Below the pieces are notes generated by a model that was not told where the DNA came from, did not search any database, and saw only the letters and a program-made list of their open reading frames with translations. Positions 25,155 through 39,583 of a DNA stretch of 64,000 bases are shown here, piece by piece. The number at the start of each line of letters is the position of its first letter. Positions within the stretch are counted from its first letter, which is position 1. The stretch spans positions 2,294,001 to 2,358,000 of the forward strand of contig CP075493.1 in the NCBI GenBank assembly GCA_021613535.1. The letters are read 5' to 3'. A program made the translations under genes and the position numbers. Source of the stretch: Adineta vaga (lineage: Eukaryota; Animalia; Rotifera).

Positions 25155-26549
25155 TTCTCGACTAATTTGTAAATTGATATATACATATTTGTACTACGTT
25201 GTTTTTTTTTCTATCGATAGACAAATTCATAACGAAAATTGTGAATTCTTTTTGTCTTTTCTTCATTTGTTGTTCAGGCTAATTTGTTTATCTTACTATT
25301 CTCTCTCTCTCTTTGTTTCTTTCTTTCTTCTTTTTTTTATACAGTGTGAAATCATTGGCGACTATGAGCGTATAATTAATAAACAATCCAATATCGGAAT
25401 TATTTCCTATCAATCTTACCTATACAAATCATCTAATGGGACGTTTAACCAATGTCATAGTGATGATAAGGTTATGTAAATATATATATATATATATATC
25501 CATAGTCTTCTCGATGAGGATAACCTTTGTCTTGTGTCGTAGTTTTGATTTTTCAGGGATTGTTGGTAGATATTGACAAGAAAATGAGTGATACGTTTCC
25601 ATCTGATCAACATTGCTTTGATGTTTACTAGAATTTTTCTCGCTTACCTGACTCAATAATGAAAACTAAGAGATAAGAAGTTGGTAAGAATGTCATTGTT
25701 TTTATAGTACTAATACTCGTCGATGATATCGTTTTGTTAACACGAAAACATCTGGTCAATAAAATAATACGATTGTTTACAATTCCTTGCCAAACAAGAG
25801 AAAAAAGATCTCGCACGTATAGCATATCATATATCGTGTAGACTTTTAATTCGATATCAACCATTAAATAATGCATAGACATATGTTTATAGTTATTCAA
25901 ATGAATCTTCTACTCATATAGTTCTATTTGACTTGATTTACTATGACTAGATATTGATATTTTCAGTGTTATGACGTCAACCTTTTTTTTGTTGGGGTCG
26001 TATATAAAGAAAAAATAATTATGCTTGTTTTTTTACCATGCTGTTATCCTCAAGCACAGTAGTCGTTCGAATGATATCGATTTTTATCCATTCATCCGGT
26101 AGGGTTTTTTCTTCTTCATGCGGTATATTTTATATTGAGGAAAAAAGGCGATGATTTATTACTTCACATATAGAGCCGTTGTGATTGATTCTCATCGTCT
26201 GTACAATAACAGCAACAACACATCGACAAACGAATAACACTGACTTTTGTCATCCTTTTCTTTCTTCGGCTTTTCTTTGTGCTTGCTAAGGATATTTGGC
26301 GTCGCAACGCGATGAAAATATGTCTCGAAACAATTATAAATCTGACGAGTTTTCTTCCTAGTCGGAAGAGAGAGAAAAAACACATCGATCTTTAGGATAT
26401 ACAGTTGGTAAACCTCACAGAATCGTATCATTATTGTCAACAACTGGGTTGTGTCGATACAAAGAAACGAAGAGTTTTTTCTTCGATAAAAAGGTTCTTT
26501 TCTGATTCCTTTTTCTCCTTGTATTGTCTATACTAAATAGTGCAATTGA

Positions 26550-28034
26550 ATGGCTTTAACATCAAATGAAACATCTGAAACCAAAACTGATGAAGTGAAT
26601 TCATCGTCATCGGATGATAAAACTACCGTGGAACACGATGATGCCGAACAAATTGAAATATCACTAGTTGATGATGATGAAGACAATCAACAACAAGATT
26701 CTTCAGCTGTTTCAATCGTATCGGAAAACGAATTATCATTGACAGATCATAATCCAAATAATCGCCGAACTCTATCGAAAACTCGTTCAGTTAGTTTTGC
26801 TCCAACTGTTGAAGAATATGAAATTCCTGCACGGTCTTCAATATCTTCGGATTGTTCAACGGATTTTCTTGATGCACTTGTTGAAAGTTATAAACTTCAA
26901 ACATCCACCAATCTGTTTCCGTTACATGTAGAAAAAAAATATGTTCCGAAAACAACGCATACACGTTCAAATCCAAATTGGCGTGAGCATCGTATACGAC
27001 GTTTAATGAATCGTTTGGAAGAATTAAGTCTTTGGGATCGAGAAGTGGAATTAAAAACTTCACAAGCTCAATGTTTACGTTCACAAAAACTAGAACAAAT
27101 ACAAGATCGTCAACGTAATAATGATTTATGTTTACAATTAATGCGTCAACGACATGAAAGTGAGATGGAAAGTGCTGTACTCTTAGATCAAGAAGCTAAT
27201 CGAGTTAATAAAGAAAATATTCATGCAATTATATCACGTACAATGAATTTAACATCAGCATCTGATGCTCTTGATTATGATTTACCCAATCCACCGTATC
27301 AACTCAAACGACGTATTCAAAAACAAGAGGAAAATATAACACATTTTAAAACACCCATTGGTCGTTATCGACAGTTTGAAAATAATATGAATAATAAACT
27401 CGAGAAAATCAATCAAAATTTCAAACCCGATTGGCAAATTATGCGTGCTTATAATCCTTACCATTCATCAATACCTAAAACTGTTGTACCATTATTTACT
27501 GAAACATATGCATCATTACTTTCACTACCAGATACATATTCTCATCAATCATCTCAACATCAATCTAGTCCAGATTATGAAACACGTCTTCAAGCTCGTT
27601 CAAATCGTGATGTACGTGTACCATTAAACGATCACAGTAATGAGAATAGTGATGATGATGATGATGGTAATAATAATCGTAATAATCATCAATATAGAAA
27701 TTCTCGATCAAGTTTTAGTCCAGTACGACGATCAACAAGTGTCACACCTTCACGTACTTTATCAAAATATGACTCTCCGTACACTCATTCTCGTCAACCA
27801 TTATCTAATAATCTTTATCGACGAAGTTTTCATGATGATTTCAATAGTTTAACCTATTATTCTTATGAAACAAACGATCGACGTTTACCAAATCGTCTGG
27901 AAACATCAAACGAAAAATCAACAAAAAATCGATCATCATCAATACCAGCAAATAAACGTATAGATTTTACTCATCATAATTCAACAAGAAAAGCTTATCA
28001 ACCAAATATTGTATCACTTTCATCAGCACAATAA
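26550..28034 (+). CDS. Intronless 494-aa hypothetical protein: acidic N-terminus, central coiled coil, Ser/Arg-rich disordered tail
   Basis: Long uninterrupted ORF in ~30% GC DNA with codon usage like its neighbours. Contains RSVSF (RVxF-like motif). No family recognised. Confidence 0.75.
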   Translation: MALTSNETSETKTDEVNSSSSDDKTTVEHDDAEQIEISLVDDDEDNQQQDSSAVSIVSENELSLTDHNPNNRRTLSKTRSVSFAPTVEEYEIPARSSISSDCSTDFLDALVESYKLQTSTNLFPLHVEKKYVPKTTHTRSNPNWREHRIRRLMNRLEELSLWDREVELKTSQAQCLRSQKLEQIQDRQRNNDLCLQLMRQRHESEMESAVLLDQEANRVNKENIHAIISRTMNLTSASDALDYDLPNPPYQLKRRIQKQEENITHFKTPIGRYRQFENNMNNKLEKINQNFKPDWQIMRAYNPYHSSIPKTVVPLFTETYASLLSLPDTYSHQSSQHQSSPDYETRLQARSNRDVRVPLNDHSNENSDDDDDGNNNRNNHQYRNSRSSFSPVRRSTSVTPSRTLSKYDSPYTHSRQPLSNNLYRRSFHDDFNSLTYYSYETNDRRLPNRLETSNEKSTKNRSSSIPANKRIDFTHHNSTRKAYQPNIVSLSSAQ

Positions 28035-29413
28035 TATTGTAGTATTAGAATTATCGCTTCTTTTTTTTCTTTGACTGAAAACTAACATATCTAATTTTAA
28101 TAAGAAAAATCGACTGATGTGCAACGTTTCTTTTTTAGCAATGAACCTCAATTTTGTATTTATTTTGAAAATAAGAGTAAAAACTTCTTTTCAATAACAA
28201 GTTGAAAAACTTTGATAAGATCGAATAACTTTCTAATATTTTTGCACTGAGTCTGTATGTACACAAAGTCCAACTAGACTATACGACGACAATTATACGT
28301 TGTCATACAATCCTAAAAATAAACATAAATATGACACTATCAAGCAGATCAGAGATAGACGATACCGTGTGGAAAAAAAGATTTACATAAGCTGATTTCA
28401 TTCACACATTAGACGATTATCCTGAAAAGAAGCCCATCGTATTTTAGAGTACATATTTCTAAATCGGCGTTTTGTGAGTTTCTCAAAAATCAACATCAAT
28501 ACATACATTTTCTGATGATGAAATCTCGTTTGTTCAGAAGTTATTTAATTCAGTCATTTCTTGTCAAATAGTATTACTCAATTAGTTTGCATTATTATAC
28601 AACAATCTAACTTGAACGTTCTTATTCGATAAAAGACTGACTGACTATCGTGTTTCTCATGTCATTTCAATCAAGAGAGAGAGAGAGAGAAGAGGAAAAC
28701 GTCTTCTTTGCATTCAACTTTATCAATCATCAGTTGAATTGACCTGTTCTGTTCGATTTTCCCCTCAACTCTAATCCATCAGACTATCTAAAAAGCGATA
28801 AATCATGCAGATCAATGCATTCTACTCTTCGAAACAAGAAAAAGAATGCAGCCCAAGAGATGATTAGAATATGAAAATTCTTTTTGTTTCTATTTGATTA
28901 ACAAACAAGATTTTCCCGTTCCTTGAATTTCTACAATACAGCGACAAAGAAATTTGATTGATTAAATTCTTTTTAAAACATCTTTTCAGCTTAAGCTTTA
29001 CATATACTATTAACTATTGATAGATACATGATGTATCTTTTTTATTTTTAATCTTCTATTAATTCCTGACTAAGAGTTTCAATATTCAAGTAAATAAATA
29101 AATATGTAGAAGTCTGTATTTTTGGTTTGTTCATAAGCAAACAAGTTATTATTTTTATTTCACAACAAATAGGAATAAAAAAAACAAACAAAAAAAAATC
29201 AACTGTTTAATTCATATTGACTAGGTTCATAGAAATCGATAATCGACAAGTTTACATGGCGTTTTATTCGCTTGTCAACGCATCAGAATTCTATTGTTTG
29301 GTGAAACTTCATTTGTCAATGATATCTATTCGGAAAAAAAGGAAATTCAATAGCAATAATAATAATCGTATCGATAGAATGTATATATCTATGTCTATAA
29401 CAAAACAAAGGCT

Positions 29414-30915
29414 CTAATCCATCCTATTCACAACCTGAAAGCAACCATAAAATCATGTCGAATGGACACTTTTTGGTTGTGAAAAGGATATGATTATATA
29501 TTCTAAGTAACTAATCTCCTCTTCTTCTTTTATTGTATTTATTTACCATTCCGCTATCAAGTGAACATTGAGAAGTACGACATGGTAATGATTGATGATT
29601 ATCTGTTGAATAAGCAGGAAAAGAAAATACTTAGATAGACAAATAAATAGAAGAAACTCAGTTTGAGTTCTTACTTATTGGTAAGGCCATATCGAGTAAT
29701 GAGTTTGATAATGTTCTCGACAATGGTCGATCACGTTTGATTGTTGGATGATCAATTAATGATGAGAGAATGCCATGATGATTTGTTATATCAACAAGTG
29801 AATTTGATGAAGCACGTAATTGATCAAGTTCAGCTTGACGATATAAACCATCCATTTCATTGATTTCTAAGATTGCTTCTTTTAAATCATCACAAAATTT
29901 TGTTCGATCATGTTCATTTCTTGCATTGAATAGAATCAGATTGATTTCATTCGTATCCGATTTACGTACTAAACGGATACCATATTGATGATCTATATCC
30001 AAATGTTTAGAAATAAATAGATAAATAAATGCTAGAAAGAAAGCTTACATGACGTTTGAAATAAATAAACATTCATTGCTGATAGACGAAATACTTGCCG
30101 AAATTGTTGATGTTTCTTTCCTGAGAGTTTTGCAACCTAATTCAAAGAGAGCATAAGATTATCATGGAAATTTTCTCGAGATCTTTAACTTACCACCAAT
30201 AAATCATTGAAAAGATAAACTTCACGTTGATGCGCTGTTAGTTTTTCACGTTTCGTTACATCACAGACTTCATATAATCGACAATAACATACCAATCGAC
30301 GATGTGGTGCTGTTAATGTTGGTTTCTTTCCAACTAATCCTTGTTCAAATTTGAGTACTTGACTAACATGATCATTATCTGGACGAAATTCATCAGCACG
30401 AATCCGTTCATAAATACCAGTTAAATAGTTTATATCAAGATCTGCACCATCATCTATAGCTAAAAATATAATAATCATTATTAAGAATAGAAAAGAATCA
30501 AGCTGAATGTCTATTGACATATAGTTTTCTCTCTTTCTTCTTCTCGCATGTTTTAGCTTAACAACGACAAGACGAACGATAGCAATGAGTGGTACTACTG
30601 CATGCAAGCGGTCGATGATTTATAGATGATGATTTTCTTCGCTTTTTTCTCTTACATACATCCAAAGAGGAAATGAAGAAAAAGCCGCTCTCTCTCTCTG
30701 TTTCCCTTTCTCTCCCTCTTCTTCTCTTTCCTCGGTTCAGTGCAACATTTTTGCTTCGTTTCCGTTCTCTGTCGTTGCTGTGATTTGCGGAAAGAATCAG
30801 TCTAGGATATAGTATTGTGAAAATTGAAATGATCGATTTTGATTCTATTCTTTCCATTTTTTTTCTCTTTTCCCTTTAGCTTTTCCTATTGACAAAGAAA
30901 AGAAGAAAGCAATTA

Positions 30916-30958
<43 letters not shown>

Positions 30959-33900
30959 AACGCTAATACTATTACTGACATGGAGTGAGAATCGTTCGCC
31001 TTAGTCTACCCGAGCCGGAGCAAAATTCGATTTTGTCTATGAGTGAAAGACCTTGACAGGATTGATGATAAGAAGAAAAAGTAGTCGACGAGTGAGTAAA
31101 TAAGTGAGTAAACGCTTGTTCTCATAGAAGCATTTTCCTCCACTTGTCTTTAATGAACGAGTGTAGAATTGTGCGCCAAGCGGAAATCGGCTCTCTCTCT
31201 CTCTCTCGTTGCTTCTTCATAGCAATCAAGTCAATGGAGAATTTCAAAAAGAAACAGCAAGAATGATTCCTCTAACAACGGTAGTAGCGGGTGTTTCCTT
31301 TTAGTTCAAAAAAAGAAACCATTTAATTCGATTTTCTTTCTACTTTCTTGCACTTCCGCTCACAGATATTCATCGTCATACATATATATATATATATGAT
31401 GCTTTTTTCTAGACTATACTTGAACATTACGCTAATTCACTTAAATAAAACATGTACAGCAAAAAGATAGACGACATATATTCATTAAATCAAATCTCTA
31501 TCTGTCATTTCTATTCTGTAAGATAAAACAAAGAAAATCATATACACAGACATTAACATACGAATATGGATCGTAATTCTATGTCGTAAAAGATTAAGAT
31601 ACTTATCAGAAAGAAGAAAAAAAAACGATGAATCATTGTATTCATTTATAGGAGACAAATAATACAAAAAATACAGACTACCAAAAGAAAAATCAAGTTT
31701 CATCTATTACTATTGGTATTCACTAATCAGATCAAACTTATCAATGCTTATTCTTACTATAGAAGATGAAATCCTATCTTTGCCGTCTATAAAAATCATC
31801 TTATACATGTCTTCTATCTCATCATTTACTGTCATCGTTCTGTCTCTTTTCCTTCTTTTCTTCGAATAGTTTTAACGATGTCTCATCGGAATAATGAACT
31901 TACATGACAATGGTTTCATTTTACATTTACATCAGTTTAATATATTGTCTAATCTATTTCATCTCATTGTATTCTACTCTACTTCGTTGCGCTTCGTTAC
32001 AGATATGTCTATCATCATTGACAGTTACATATAATCATGTTTGAGTGTATATCTATCTATCTACAACATACGCATCTTATTTGAATTCAATCATCTTATT
32101 CTGATGAGTAAGAGAATACTAATAGATAACTTTAAAGAAGAAAAAAAACGATCTTCGAATGACTTACATTTGATAGTAGATATCAAGATTTTCTTTTTTT
32201 CTCTATTTGTAAAAGGAGAAACGAAGGCACGAACGTCCGTGATGTTCGACACATCGAAGATTTATTTATCAGTAAGTGTAAAATAAATGGGGCGGTAGAG
32301 GCATCAGTTGACGTAGACGCAAAGACGATGCCGTTGAAGAAGAAAATGAGATCCCGCTTGGATTGCCTTGTCGTCTCTTCTTTCTCTCTTTCTCTCTCGC
32401 TTTCTTATTTGATTTGCTGGGTACAGATGGTCAATTTGCGGTACTCGTGCTACTAGTTATGTTTACTTGAAGAAACGTTCTCTAATTGATTCTTGCCTCG
32501 TTGTGCATTTCTATATACGAATTAAGCATGCAAGTTTAGACCCTCGTCTGTGTGTATATATACAGATGAAGCTGTGTGTTGTCCTTTCGATTATTTAGCG
32601 ATGCGCAATACTACTTCCGTCCGGCTCGTACGTATGTTTGCGTGGTTCATTAGGAGAAACAAAAGAGAAATAGGAAAAAACCTTGGATAGTCATTACTCA
32701 CAGTAACGATTGAATGTATTCTGAATAAAGAAAGCATTTGACGTTAGTCGAACCATAAGGTTTATGGAGTTTTCTTCCTTTTTTTTCTTTCCCCGATCCA
32801 TTTCGACTCACACACCGACAAATTAATCTGACACGCAACTACCATACATGCATACAAAAGAATGACTCCACATGCATTCTTTTGTCCGATCACGGAAATG
32901 CATATTGCCAAGAGAGAAAAAACAGGAGACATCGAAAAAAAGGAGAAGAAGAAGAAGAAGAAAAGAAAACTTTTTGTTGTTAGTATGTATTCCTTTTTTC
33001 TCTAATACAAACGTTGCTGTTAGACAGACGAAGAAAAAAGAAAAGTGACAAATTGCCAATCAGTGCTATTCGTTTCTCCTACTAAAGCAACTAATAGCCT
33101 GAAGTAATGGTAAAAGATTCATTATATTCCGTATTCTATGTATTTATGTTGGGAAAAGAAATTGACATTACTCTCTATATAAACGGTCAATGCACACGCA
33201 TATATACACACATGGGAGAAATATTCTGTCTAAATGCGTATTTCTTTGATAGAATTATAGTAAATCAATCAAATTTACCACGAAGATTTTTAATGAATTG
33301 GTCTAAACGCATTTTTCTTTCAGGTTTGATATTTCGACTATGTAAATCAGTATTTAACATAATGGTAGCAAAAGCTAATATAAATATTGTATCAATATTT
33401 GAGAATGATGAGGATGAATTTGTTGCATAATAACGTTGTCCAAACACCTTAAATAAAGTAAAGAAATCAATTCAATAAACTCAAGTATTCTCTTGATATT
33501 TATATTAAACGTTCACACAATTGACTTACTTTCATTAATTGTTCGATTTTTTGTGCTTCACCCTTTAATAAAATCAAAATGACGACGATAGATGAATACA
33601 AAATTGACTTTTCTTCGATACTTACTGGTAATCGAAAAGATGATTGAAATTTTCTTAACGCAACATCAATCGACATATCATGAAAATCGAATTCATTAAC
33701 AAATGCACTAAAAAAAAAATCGAATTTTCAAGCCTAAAAAAATGATTTATCAAATCAAACTCACTGTAAAACTTGCATAGCAAATGGATCTTGTAAATTT
33801 CCAAGATATTCACCAATCATTTGTCGACTTAAACCTTTCCGTGAAAGAAAAAATCGTGCAACGGATTGAGGATTTGAATCAAGAAAACGATGAGCAATTA

Positions 33901-35907
33901 GATAATGAATACCACGTTCAGGTTTTCTATAAATACAATAAATTCTTTCAATACAATTGATAGTCATCATTATTATATTAAAAAAAAAGGACGTCGTAAT
34001 GAATATAAATAGCTTTCCGGTTATTCATCAAATTTACATTTATCTTTTTCCCAAGAAAGTCCTTCGACGAAGACATTTGTTTAAAAATTCTTTCGACTAT
34101 CTTCGAAATATCTTACACATAACGTAGATGAAAAGGAAACATTCTGTTCTATTGTAAAAGTGATTAACATACTTATTGAATATATTCAATCCGGCTCGAT
34201 AACATCGTCGTCGATATGTTTCATTACTACGAATAGTTGATAATCGTTCATTTCCTTGTAAAATGATTTGATCTTGTGGAATTAATGATTGTTGTTGTTG
34301 ATGAAATTCAATACTATTGGATGATAATCGATTGGATAACGATCCTGAATTTGATTCACTACTTAAGGATTGTAAACTCATATTATCATGATCAGAACTT
34401 AATGTTGATGATGGACTTTGACATGTTAATGCCGATGGATTGGAACTTTCAGATGAGAACTCAATTGATTCCGGTGTTGGTAATGAAGGTTGTCTTTTCC
34501 ATATGGGTGATGGTTGTGTAGGAGAAAGTATCGGACGAGATTTTGTTGATAAAATTCGAACTATACAGAAATTAGATGTAATAAGTGTCTTTATACAATC
34601 GCAAGAATAATCTAATCAAGGAAATGGAAAAGTAATAATCTAGTAGCAAAGATTTTTCTTTCTTCCAGATGCTTGTCTTTCTCTCTAATAACAAGGTTAG
34701 ATGAATTCTATTGACAAACTATGTTTTATCTATTATCGTCAAGGTTTTTACCCGATGGTGTCGATTTCCGACATTCAATTGGTGAGCCAGTTAGATCTTT
34801 ATAGAAACTCTGATCATTTACTACTGTTTGTTTTTCATTAAATCCATTCTGTTCAGTTGTTTGTCTATCAATAAAATCACTTAGATTATCAGCCTGTTCA
34901 TAGACATGACTTTTTAGTGGCTTATCAGTTACAATACAAACACGTTTTCGATGATGATGAACAAGATTTTCTTGTTGTTTTGTTGATTCAATAAAATGTT
35001 CGAAATTTATCGATGGTAAATCTAGATGATGATCAGGAGGCAAATGTCGTTCGGATTTTCGTGAAATTCTTAAACATGGTTTCAATGGTTTAATTAATTG
35101 ATTTGGTTCAATAAATGTACATGATAAACGTTTATTTGTTTTTACCGTCGCACATAGATGACGAAAATTTTCTTTTAGTTTATATTGACGATATGCACGT
35201 TGAATTATTGTCGCTGCACGACGACATCGTAAACTTCCTCCATATTTTCTTTCAAGAATTTCAATTTGTTTATCACGTAAATCGTGCGAAAGATCATAAT
35301 TCGTTGTTAGTACTCCTGATCGTTGATCAGTCGTTCGCTTTTCACTGAAAAAAGAAAGAAACGAACGAATTCAAACAGTTTGAAAATCTTGCAACTGTCA
35401 AATATCAAGGCAAAACACTGTAAGGTTGTATGATTGTCAAAATTGATGAATGACGTTCTATAGAAACAAAAAAGATGGATCAACATGTCTTGTCATTGCT
35501 AGCCCTATAGCATAACATGTTCTCTGTTCACTTCTTTTGACACATATATAGTTGATAGCAGACATGCACATTTATCTATCTATCTGATGACAGAATGCAT
35601 GCACATATGTTTTGTTTGCTTAAAAGCGATTATGCAAAGTAAAGACATGCATATGTAACCTTGATCAGTAGGAAATTTTGATGGGAAAAGATTTCGAAGA
35701 AACTTACAGAGTTTTAATAGTCGATTTTTGTTCGTCGGATAGTAATGAAATAATATAATCACGTTCTTGTTGAATATTTTTAATTTGATTTTGCAATTTA
35801 TGTAATTCATCTTGTTGTTTTTTAATAATATTATCTTTTTCTTCAATTAATGTTCGTGTACCACCTGGAATAGGACAATCAATTCGTTGTCGTAAATACT
35901 GTTCCAT
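29414..35907 (-). CDS. IQSEC: IQ motif and Sec7 domain ArfGEF (BRAG/Schizo), IQ-Sec7-PH
   Basis: [21 protein letters not shown]...[12 protein letters not shown] (IQ); [54 protein letters not shown] (Sec7); [26 protein letters not shown] (PH); SQCSLDSGM. The last exon is tentative. Confidence 0.95.
30918..30953. repeat. (CT)n/(GA)n microsatellite in the large IQSEC intron
   Basis: Direct reading; further CT tracts near 30690-30730 and 31191-31207. Confidence 0.9.
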
Positions 35908-38863
35908 TAAGAATATTTTAAACGAAGTTATTAATCTAAAAGAATAATGTTTGAAAATTCGATCTTATCAAGGTAAACATTTTTGATGATGTAAATGTTA
36001 TTCTTTTTGAAAAAAAGGATGAGAGAGAGAGAGAGGAGATGTAAAAGAAAAACAGAACGATCGATGATGACGAATGTTCATTGTTCATATTAAGTGAAAA
36101 AAAGAAATGATTGAATAGAAAGGCAACGAGTTTTTATTATCTTTATCTTTACTATTGTTGATGTGACATTGCAAATGATGAGTGAAATAGGAGAAAAAGA
36201 AAAGATGTGATACTATTATTAAAACAAGAAAGCAATGTTACTGGCATGAGTTCAGGCGAACAAAAAGAAAACTAATAGATAGAAGAGTATGTCAACGAAG
36301 GCGACATAAATAGGCAAGTATTGTTGAAAATGTGAAGAACAATTGAAATGAATGATGAGACAATCACATTTTTCAACTACTTTTAAGGGGAATGACAAAA
36401 CGAATCAGTCGTGAAATAATATGACAGAGATAATTGTGTTCATTTTGTCAAACATATTTTGCTTTTTTTCCTGATCTATTGAGTATCTTAGTCTAGATAA
36501 AATAAGGTTTGAATTGATTAGCAAAAGAAAACGATAAGATGAATAAGTCGAGCTTATGATGAACGAAGACAAGAAGAAGTAGAAGAAAAAACGAGAAACT
36601 CTAATGTTAATTGGATTGTGAATAGACTTATGCTTGTCGACATCTCATGGGATTGAAGGTTACAATCTGAGGATAGCCTTTAGAAAAAAAAGATATAAAA
36701 AGAAGAAAAAAAAGCGAGAAAGTAAGGAGATGTCGAGTTCATCTTTAATTGAAATCGACAGAGTACAATTAAGATGTGAAGCGGAATGAATATTAGTTCT
36801 TACATAAAACAATGTACGGAACCGACAAGAATGCATCTAACTTAACTGACAATCTCATAAAATAAAGAAGATTTTCTGTCAAATACTAGTATTACTTATG
36901 TTGATTGAATATATATATATATATATCGATCTTCTTTCCTTCTTTCTTTTTTATCGTCTTTGATGCAATTGTCTCCTTTATTTATCGATCCGATATGGAA
37001 CAGACAATCGATTGAATATTACTATTATTATTACACACATATATATATATATTGGCACTTCACTTCCGACATCGTCTTCATTCCAATAATAAGTAGTGCT
37101 TTCTTTACTAACACACATACACATATATATATGAAAAGATTGATAGAATACAAACACATGCTTGAATATCATCAAGAAAAGATATAAACAGATTACAAAC
37201 CTTGACCGCAAAAAGGGATGAAATGAGAAGCCACGAAAAATCAACAAGTCTTTTTAAAATAACAGAAGAAAGAAAAGAAAACGTAAACGAGAAATCTATT
37301 GTGGCTTCAAAAAAAAAAGAAAGAACACTTACAGTATAAATTGTAACTGTCATTCACTCAAGTATCATATATGATATAACACAAATCGAATGTGATCATT
37401 CTGTTTAATAAACTCCTCCTTCTTCTCCTCTATTTACTCTACACATCATGTATAAACAAATATCAATAATAGAATCGATATAGTGAAAGGAGTGATGATT
37501 GGGAAACATAATTATACACAACTCACTATCATCATCATCATCACGATGAAAGAAGAAAGAAAATAATCATCACAAGAGGAACTAGTCACATCCTGTATAT
37601 ATATATATATGTATTAGATAATGGAAAAGTAGCGGCTAGTTTTTTTTTCTCTATTGATATAGTAGTCTGACATCCAACGTCCATTAGTACATTTGTATAT
37701 ATTCTGTTCTCTTCGTTGTATAGTTTGTTGTTCCTACCATTTTCTCTTGTTCTCCCTAATTTCTTTTGACATTGACAGTAATGTTAAAGCTGAACTGAAT
37801 TATACATAACTAGCATTCCAACATCAAACAACACATATTCTATTTCTAATGTGTCAAAAACTCGTGATTGGATAAGAATCAACTGTCTTTCTCATCATGA
37901 GAAAACAAGCTGTCCGAATAGATGATAGATCAATCAGAAGAAGAAGAAGAATGTAAGTTCAATATTGTTCTAAAAATCTTGAAAAAAGATACGAAATGAC
38001 TTCATTGATTTTCTCATGAGACTCGATAATCACTCTTCATGCATCAACGATTAAAACAAGGACACCGAATTCTAATTCAATTTTTTTCTTGTTCTCTTGA
38101 GAGATTAATATTGATGATAAATCATCTCAAATGCCAAATCGAAATATGACGATGAATTCTTTTAATTCAATGATGGTAATTGAAGTTGATCCTATTGCTA
38201 TGGAATACTGTTGAAATAATACATTTCAATATTTAACGTTAGAAAATAATGAGATATATAAGAAATTAATTGATTGACCTTAACTTTTTCTTTCGAAAAG
38301 AAAGGCTGTTGGTAATCAAGATATATGACGTAATATTTGTCTCGCATCTCCACGATACTTAACTAAGAAAACAAAAGTCAATATAATTTCTCGTTCTAAG
38401 AGGTTTTATTGAATGTCTAATGTAATCAGATAGATGAAAAATATATTCTGTTAAATTAATCAAACTGTTTGACAAGGTCTTTTTTTCTTCAGATATAATT
38501 TGTCACAATGAAGCATAATTATTTGTAGATATTGTATATGATTGATTATTTGAGCATATCTATTTTGTACATATATACAACAAGCATCCATAAATGACAT
38601 TGCTGAGGTGGCAAGCTTCATAAGATAAATGATTTCGAAAATTCGATCATTTATTCCCATTCAAATCTTTATTATAGTTCAAATTTCAATTTTCTTCACC
38701 CCTCTCCCCTAAATTTATTCATAAAAATAAAATATCTTCGAATTTTTAGGTTTAATAAATACACATACACAAACATAATGTCAGAAAATAGAAAACTATG
38801 AATTCATTCATTAAACTAAACTGACTAGTCCAAAACAAATCATCATAATATCGAAAAGATTCT

Positions 38864-39583
38864 TCATAATTCTTTAAGCGTAAACTTTGGTGTCTAAAAA
38901 TTAAAATCATTCATTTTAATTAAACATAGATGCTTTCTATCTTACTTTCGATCCTCTTCCTGGAAATACTTGCTTATCAATTGTGACTTCAAAACATCGA
39001 CGTTGTTTTATAAGATAATCTTTTATTTCATATGCTCGTGAACCATCATCAATACCAAATACAATCTGCTTATTATCAACAACAAATCTATAAACAAAAT
39101 ATTTCTTTTCTTTTCTTCTGATCAAATCTCTCTTCAAATTAACTTACTTATGTACATCATAGAGAGCATTTCTTAATGCCATCCACCATATACTTGCAAT
39201 TTCTTCTGTTTCACGTTTTGTAGGATTACCAGTAACGATTGCGACGATCAATGTTGCTTGACCTCTTTTCATTCTTGCGAATAATTTATCCGGATCTGTT
39301 CCAACTAATGGTTCCTTATTTCTATATTTCCATTCTGCTTCTTCATCTTCTTTTGATTGATCTTCATCATTTTTCTATTTGAAAATAAAAATTGAAAAAA
39401 AAGAAGAAAGAGAATCTAATATCCCAATACCTCCCATTCTTCAAATAATTTATTCACATCATCTTCAGTATAATCTATTGGATCTCTTTTCTTTTTAGCT
39501 TTAGCATTCTGATCAACAGCATGTACCAAATTCAATGTATAGATCAAGACAAAACAGACGAAAACCAAATAGAACGAACGCAT
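38864..39583 (-). CDS. MESD: LRP chaperone MESD/Boca
   Basis: Signal peptide, KKKRDPIDYTEDDVNKLFEEWE, VTGNPTKRETEEIASIWWMALRNALYDVH, FVVDNKQIVFGIDDGSRAYEIKDYL, FPGRG; C-terminal KEL*. Confidence 0.92.

Noticed and set aside
31050-31070. ttgacaggattgat resembling an 18S rRNA motif
   Set aside because: Too short, with no flanking rRNA similarity.
37990-38215. Coding-like stretch upstream of IQSEC
   Set aside because: Short, no recognisable homology or consistent splice frame. It may be a 5' UTR exon.
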